A stretch of 64,000 nucleotides of DNA from Eutreptiella sp. 'Long Island Sound 2002' (Eukaryota > Protista > Euglenida), in assembly GCA_964036045.1 (NCBI GenBank), contig OZ038378.1:2728001-2792000 (forward strand), written 5' to 3'. Numbering within the stretch: the stretch's first letter is position 1; each line of letters begins with the position of its first letter. The notes under the pieces were generated by a model, which was given only the letters and a program-made list of their open reading frames with translations, made no database searches and was not told the origin of the DNA. The position numbers and the translations under genes were made by a program. Below, one piece after another: positions 58,463 through 64,000 of the stretch.

Positions 58463-60430
58463 ATGTCGACGCTTGGCATGAAAGGGGGCCCGAAAGTCCC
58501 CAACGCTGCATTCGTTCAGAAGCTCCACAAAGTGCTTGATTCTTTATTGGGCTCAACGAACATTGACACTGTCCTTTTTTCCAAGGAGTCGGTTGCCGTA
58601 CACCCTTTGGGTGTTGATAAGGAGGGTATTGATGGAACTGTCTTCTTTCTATCGCAAAAAGCGACGGGCGGTGTGGAGAGCAAGTTTTACCTTTGTTGGT
58701 TGCCTGATTCTATATTAGCAATCATAAACCAGGGGCTCCTCGCGCCATCATCCAAGTACTCAAAGCCCAGCAACCAATCTTTTGGATCGCAACCAAATGC
58801 CTCTGGGTCACCGGATACAACTCCTGACCACCAAATGCATGTATCTGAGCTTTCTACCGCATATGACATGCACACCTTTGAGCATTCCCCCGATTGGATG
58901 CATGCCTTTGCGATTGAATCAAGTGAAATTCACATTCTCAAGCAAACAGTGGAACAATTCCGATGGTCTTGTCTTGCCATAGCAAGTAAAGCGGGCATTG
59001 AACACCCTCCGTTGTACTTCCATGATGGTGGATTGGCAAAATTGATGTCCCAACTGCAGCAGAAGATGAATTTGACAGAAATTGCCCCCGGCACATATCG
59101 TGTTGAGCCGTTCAATGAGAAGTTGAGGAAGTCCCTCAATCAACTTAATCTTGGTGGCTACGCGAACATCCTTGAAAAGCCAAGTTTTTCTTTACTGCAA
59201 TTAGGCTCAAAGGTGACAAAGAAATTTCGGGAAACCGGTGCGCTCTTGACCGGGGCTCAGGAAAAGAGCATGTTGGAGGACCTGGCCTTGGGGGATATTG
59301 AAGGTGCAAGAAGACAAGATTCCTGGTGCAACATCGACTTTGAGCAATTACCGTCATCCTCAGCTTCGTCAGAGCCCGTGGTAGCAGCTGCTGGCCCAAA
59401 GCCCAGCGAGAAAATTAATGACGCACCAGGTTTGAGACAACCCATGGCCTGGGAAACGCCAACCCAGGCCAAACGGAACGCGGAACCTTTGACAGAGTGT
59501 CGATGGCGTGCTGGATTTGACGAGGAAGGGCGCATGAGCTCTGACGAATGGACACACATCAAGCAAGCGATTTTTGATGGGGGTGTAGAGGCTTCCATCC
59601 AAGCACAAGTATGGCCCTTTATTTTGGGGTTCTACAAGCCGGACAGCACTGCCGCAGAGCGCGCTGTGTATCGACAGCAAAAGGACAGTGAGTATCACCA
59701 GTACAAGCAGCAGTGGACCAGCATCACCGCTGAGCAAGAGTCCCATTTCAAGGAGTTTCGAGACCGACGGTGGCGGATAGAAAAGGATGTTGTGCGAACC
59801 GATCGGCTCTATCCATTTTACGAAGATGAGACCAACATCACGATGCTGAACGACATCCTCCTCACTTATTCGTTCTACAATTTCGATCTGGGGTATTGCC
59901 AGGGGATGGGAGATTTACTTTCGCCGCTGTTGATGCTGCTGCAAGATGAGGTTGACGCTTTCTGGGCATTCGCCTGCGTGATGGACTCATTGGGGGGGAA
60001 TTTCAACCGCGACGAGAATGCTATGCAATGGCAATTGACTGCCATTGGCAAGCTGCTGAAGGTCGTGGACCGTCATTTGTGGGACTACTTTGAGCAAATG
60101 GATGGGTTGAATTTCTTTTTCTGTTTCCGCTGGATTCTGGTGCGCTTCAAAAGAGAGTTTGAATATCCAGACATCTTAACCCTGTGGGAGGTCCTTTGGA
60201 CTTGCCCTTTCGCGGACAACGGTCTGGACTATCATTTGTGGATGTGTGTGTACCTTCTGCACAGCAAGCGGTCGACTATAGTCAACGAGGAGATGAAGAA
60301 TGACGACCTCCTCAAGTACATGAATGACCTCAGTGGCAAACTGAACGTAACAGAGCTCATCTGCAATACAAATGCGTTGCATGAGGCTTACCGGGACACC
60401 CCCATTCCGCTTTGCCTCAAGAATCAATAA
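58463..60430 (+). CDS. TBC1D15/TBC1D17 (Gyp7)-like Rab GTPase-activating protein, 655 aa, intronless
   Basis: The TBC domain has IEKDVVRTDR (Arg finger), YCQGMGDLL (Gln finger), FFCFRWILVRFKREF and LWEVLW. The N-terminal PPLYFHDGG block is typical of this subfamily. ATG follows TTTTCTCTCTAG. Confidence 0.93.
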   Translation: MSTLGMKGGPKVPNAAFVQKLHKVLDSLLGSTNIDTVLFSKESVAVHPLGVDKEGIDGTVFFLSQKATGGVESKFYLCWLPDSILAIINQGLLAPSSKYSKPSNQSFGSQPNASGSPDTTPDHQMHVSELSTAYDMHTFEHSPDWMHAFAIESSEIHILKQTVEQFRWSCLAIASKAGIEHPPLYFHDGGLAKLMSQLQQKMNLTEIAPGTYRVEPFNEKLRKSLNQLNLGGYANILEKPSFSLLQLGSKVTKKFRETGALLTGAQEKSMLEDLALGDIEGARRQDSWCNIDFEQLPSSSASSEPVVAAAGPKPSEKINDAPGLRQPMAWETPTQAKRNAEPLTECRWRAGFDEEGRMSSDEWTHIKQAIFDGGVEASIQAQVWPFILGFYKPDSTAAERAVYRQQKDSEYHQYKQQWTSITAEQESHFKEFRDRRWRIEKDVVRTDRLYPFYEDETNITMLNDILLTYSFYNFDLGYCQGMGDLLSPLLMLLQDEVDAFWAFACVMDSLGGNFNRDENAMQWQLTAIGKLLKVVDRHLWDYFEQMDGLNFFFCFRWILVRFKREFEYPDILTLWEVLWTCPFADNGLDYHLWMCVYLLHSKRSTIVNEEMKNDDLLKYMNDLSGKLNVTELICNTNALHEAYRDTPIPLCLKNQ

Positions 60431-60561
60431 CCGGCGCGTGCACTCCCGGGACTTTCCGCAGGTCACCCGCACAGATCATGCGCAACACTGCGTTGTGGTG
60501 TCCCGCATTACCCCCCCCCCCCCTCCAACAGCTTGCCCAAGGCGTGTGGGTGTACAGTACT

Positions 60562-61964
60562 CAACCCTATGAAGTCTCCAATTTTCCGGAGACCCCCGGA
60601 GACCTCAATTTTCCCCCATTTTTCCACTCCGGAGACCGGAGACTGAATTTTTGTAAAGAAAAGTGCCGTTTTTCTGCCATTTTTCCGACCATTTTTCCAC
60701 CGTTTTTCTCCGAACGTCCCGTTTTTCATCCATTTTTCCATCCATTTTTCCAGCCATTTTGATAATGTTGTCCTTTGGTTTTGCTTTTGGTTCTTTTGTA
60801 CCATTCCACCTCTGCTTCACATTTTTCACACAAATGGACCCTGAGGCTTTTTGGCCTCATGAGGGTGTGTTGTTCATGATGAAACAAGAGGTGGTCAAAC
60901 GTGGCTGGCTGTCGGATGCTCAATCCTCGAAGAAGCTGAAGGGCGAATGGAAAAAGGCTTCTACTTTGGGGATGCATCTGTCAGCCAAGTATAGTGGGGC
61001 CCGTGAACCGAAGTTTGCAAATGTCGATCTGATTCTGCCCGTGGTGGTTGTGGGGAAACGTGAAGAAGCCGCCAGGACTATTTTGAATGAGAAAGAACGC
61101 CTACTACCAACTCCCCAGGTATTGCAATGGGCGTACATTTTCGTTTTTCGGTGCAAAATAGCGGCTTCTCGTCCTACATGTTTTTGTGTTTGTGTCTATC
61201 TTCCTGTTTTTGTGTGCAGCATGCAGAACACTCACCGGAAAATGATGTGGGGCAGCCATCGGGAAATGCTTCACAAACGGCCCCGGTGGACGAGGAAACG
61301 CAAGAAGGCCCTGTTGATGAAGGGCCAAGTGAAACTGGCACCCCTGATGAAAAGGTGGTGCCCCCTGAAAGTTGTGCAATGCACCCGAGTGCTATTGTCT
61401 TTTTAATAGCCACTTTTTTTTGTTGTCCTGCATAGGTGTTGGACACTGCCTTTGAGGACTTGCTGAACATTCCCGCAATGTACCGCATTGCATGGTCCAT
61501 CCTGGCCATTCCCCACACTTCTTGTGATGTAGAACGCTCGTTTTCAGTTTGGAAGCGTGTTCGTTCCGACAAGCAACAGAGTATGGCGGAGGGAACACAC
61601 AAGGCCTATGTCTCCTTTTGTTTCAATGGTGTAGTTCCACCACCATGAGCAAGTACAAATTGTGAGTGGTACACGAGATGGCAAAACGATTCTTCGCTTT
61701 GAATGCACCACCTACTGAATGCTTGTGTTGCAATCATGTGTGTCGTCAAAGAAGTAACAGTGGCGAGCAAACGTGCTCTGGCATGCCATACCCCCGCATT
61801 TCCCCCCATTTCCCCCCCGTTTTCCCCGTTTTTCCCCGTTTTTCCCCGTTTTTCCCCGTTTTCCCCCATTTTTCCCCATTTTCCCCCATTTTCCCCATTT
61901 TTCCCATTTTTCCGTGGCCCAAAAAAGACTTGGAGACTCCGGGGTGGGAGACTTCCAAGGCCTG
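60562..61964 (+). mobile_element. Internally deleted hAT transposon (~1.4 kb)
   Basis: Imperfect TIRs CAACCCTATGAAGTCTCC / rc CAGGCCTTGGAAGTCTCC, flanked by AGTACT on both sides. Subterminal TTTTCC(C) and CCGGAGAC repeat blocks at both ends, and a hAT dimerisation motif inside. Confidence 0.78.
60834..61648 (+). CDS. Spliced truncated hAT transposase-derived ORF, join(60834-61118, 61220-61354, 61436-61648), 210 aa
   Basis: Two short GT-AG introns (101 and 81 nt) with polypyrimidine tracts join three open exons in phase 0. The last exon IAWSILAIPHTSCDVERSFSVWKRVRSDKQQSM...FN is the hAT C-terminal dimerisation domain. Confidence 0.7.
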
Positions 61965-64000
61965 AGTACTTGTGACGTGACTTCACTCCGGCCTGATTTG
62001 TAGGTGTGGGCCAAGGTGCTCTGTTTGTGTGCAGTTTTGATTGTTTCCGGAGTCACACGGGCTCTAATGTGATTTGGCTGACCGTCCTCCGCCCGTTTGG
62101 CTACCAGCCATTTTGTTCTGTGTTAGGGGTGATGAAACACACATTGGAGCCGGGTGCATCATAGTCAGTGCCTGGGTAAAACAGTGTTGACCGCCGTGCG
62201 CAAGATACCTCTTGCCTCAATTAGAGGGGGCGTTTGTACCGTATTAATTTGGGACCCTGCCGGATCTCGGACAGCGGCGGCCGGGGGGGGGGGATTGCGT
62301 CGTTCTGTTCTGTACAAAAAGCCGTGGCAGGTATTTTGTCGTGACTGCAAAATGCGGTGACCAGGGGGCTTTGCCCCGCCTGCTCACCTGCATCAAAAAG
62401 ATTTGAGTCCGCGAAATTTCTGTGACCAGTTCTGGCTGTCGCCTGGGTATCACAGGCGAACAAGGCAGGCGCAGCACGCCTTGTCAAAAAAAACACACCC
62501 CCATCTTCCTACGGAAGGCGCCTTCATATCAGCCTGAAACGCCTGTTGAGGATTTTTACTGGCGCTGTGCTTCGGCTAGACATCCCATGCTCATGCCCAT
62601 GTGTGTTTCACCCTGAGTACCGAAAAATGTTTTTCTGTCATATTCCCAAGTACCTAAAATTCCACATCTCCGAGCTACCAAACAATCTCCACAAGATGGT
62701 ACGTGCAATCACGGCCACCTGCAACCTGCATATTGTGTTCGTGAGCAGGCTGAACTACTCATGAATAAGCTGATTGATTTTCTGGTGCTCACGGTGATGA
62801 TGATTTTGTGCTCAGGGATGCAACGGAACCAAATTACACAGAATGCAATTCCATGGTCATTGCAACACTATCTTTTTGATTTTTTGAGTTCCAGTTGAGC
62901 ATATTAACCACAGTGGGACCTTCCTGACCCCATGGGCGATGGGGACCCTAACTTCTCAGGATGACAAAGAAACACCAACACGATCCTGGTAATACAATTT
63001 TGATATCCCGCACTCTTTGCGCCCATTTCCATCATTTTACCGAGAGGGCAACAAGGGGTCATGCGCACAACAGGGGACGTTCCCAATGATCCATTCCCAG
63101 GGCTGGGAATCACAAAGTTTTGGGATTTAACCCAGTGGCCCGATCTCTGGCCCAATCTTCGGATTTTTTTCAGCCCTGCAGAGGTGCTACGGGAAGTTAT
63201 AACACCCTCCCATTGTGTGTGTGCAACACATTTTTTTCCGCAAAGTTGAGTCTCTGCCTCAGTTCCTAGCATCCGTGATAGACATCCGTCTTTCCACCAG
63301 GCTCTGCATCACCATTGTTGGAGCAATCTCGGCTTTGAACCCGCATCTGCTCTCACTTTGTCTGCTCTGCCACATCTCAGCTCCTAGTTGTACAAGCTTT
63401 GGGCTTCGGTGCAACTCATCCTTTACTGCCCTGGCATAGCACAGCAAATTGTTCAAGTAGACGGGAAATCTCTTTGTGCCTTTGCCCTGAGTTGCACCCC
63501 TCTCTCCTTTTGTTTTGTAACCCAGATCTCAGTGTATGTTGTAAGTTGTGTAATTTTTTGTCCCGTAAACGTAAGTACAAAAAAAGTCATACTGTGGTGT
63601 AATTTGGTTTTGCAGTAAATGCGAGTTCAAAAAATCGTTTTGGTGAGTAGTGCAAAACCTCCAAATCTGGTTCTTGGCTTGACCACAAATATAAAATGCA
63701 GCACTGTACAATTTTTTTTGGTACTCGTGTTTATGGCAAAACAAACAAACAAACAAACTGCACGACGTACAAGGTTTTTGTATTTGTGTTTAGCGCAGAA
63801 CAAACAATTCCACGACATGTGATTTTTTTGTACTTGGGTTAACCGCAATACAAAAAAATCACCCGCCCTTGCAACAAGGAAAAACTAGCGGCCATGTGCC
63901 ACACTTCTGTTTTTGTACCCGCTTTGGGGACCCCCAAGACAGCAGGGGTTATGTCGCCACATTGCCCACAGGTGGGCCCCCAAGACAGTAGGAGTTATGG

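Noticed and set aside
62900-63460. LTR integrase remnant on minus (…SQPWEWII…)
   Set aside because: One short motif amid multiple stops; not enough to call.

Overview
Eukaryotic, repeat-rich nuclear DNA. It is most likely from a photosynthetic euglenid. This is inferred from a two-transmembrane class-I plastid presequence, spliced-leader (SL)-like relics, and short 5' UTRs behind AG acceptors. Four host genes are supported: an intronless secreted purple acid phosphatase with a kringle-like N-terminal module (4526-6100); TRAPPC2/sedlin split by a 6.35-kb GT-AG intron (31009-37759); a 4-exon, probably plastid-targeted 8-repeat beta-propeller-like protein (47005-52768); and an intronless TBC1D15/17-type Rab-GAP (58463-60430). 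The rest is repeat or mobile DNA: a ~4.6-kb 26-bp satellite, hAT elements, and decayed DIRS-like and LINE-like relics. The most striking element is a non-autonomous family with Helitron/Helentron-like anatomy: 5'-TCACCTCG...subterminal inverted repeat-hairpin-AGAA-3', inserted at AAA^TTT without target duplication. It nests inside itself, forms head-to-tail arrays, amplifies an internal ~192-bp repeat, and in some copies carries tRNA-like Pol III cassettes. The second highlight is that both intronless genes have a decayed euglenid SL-like 26-mer just upstream of the ATG, suggesting recycling of trans-spliced mRNAs into the genome. All alignments and counts were done by eye and no database searches were run.
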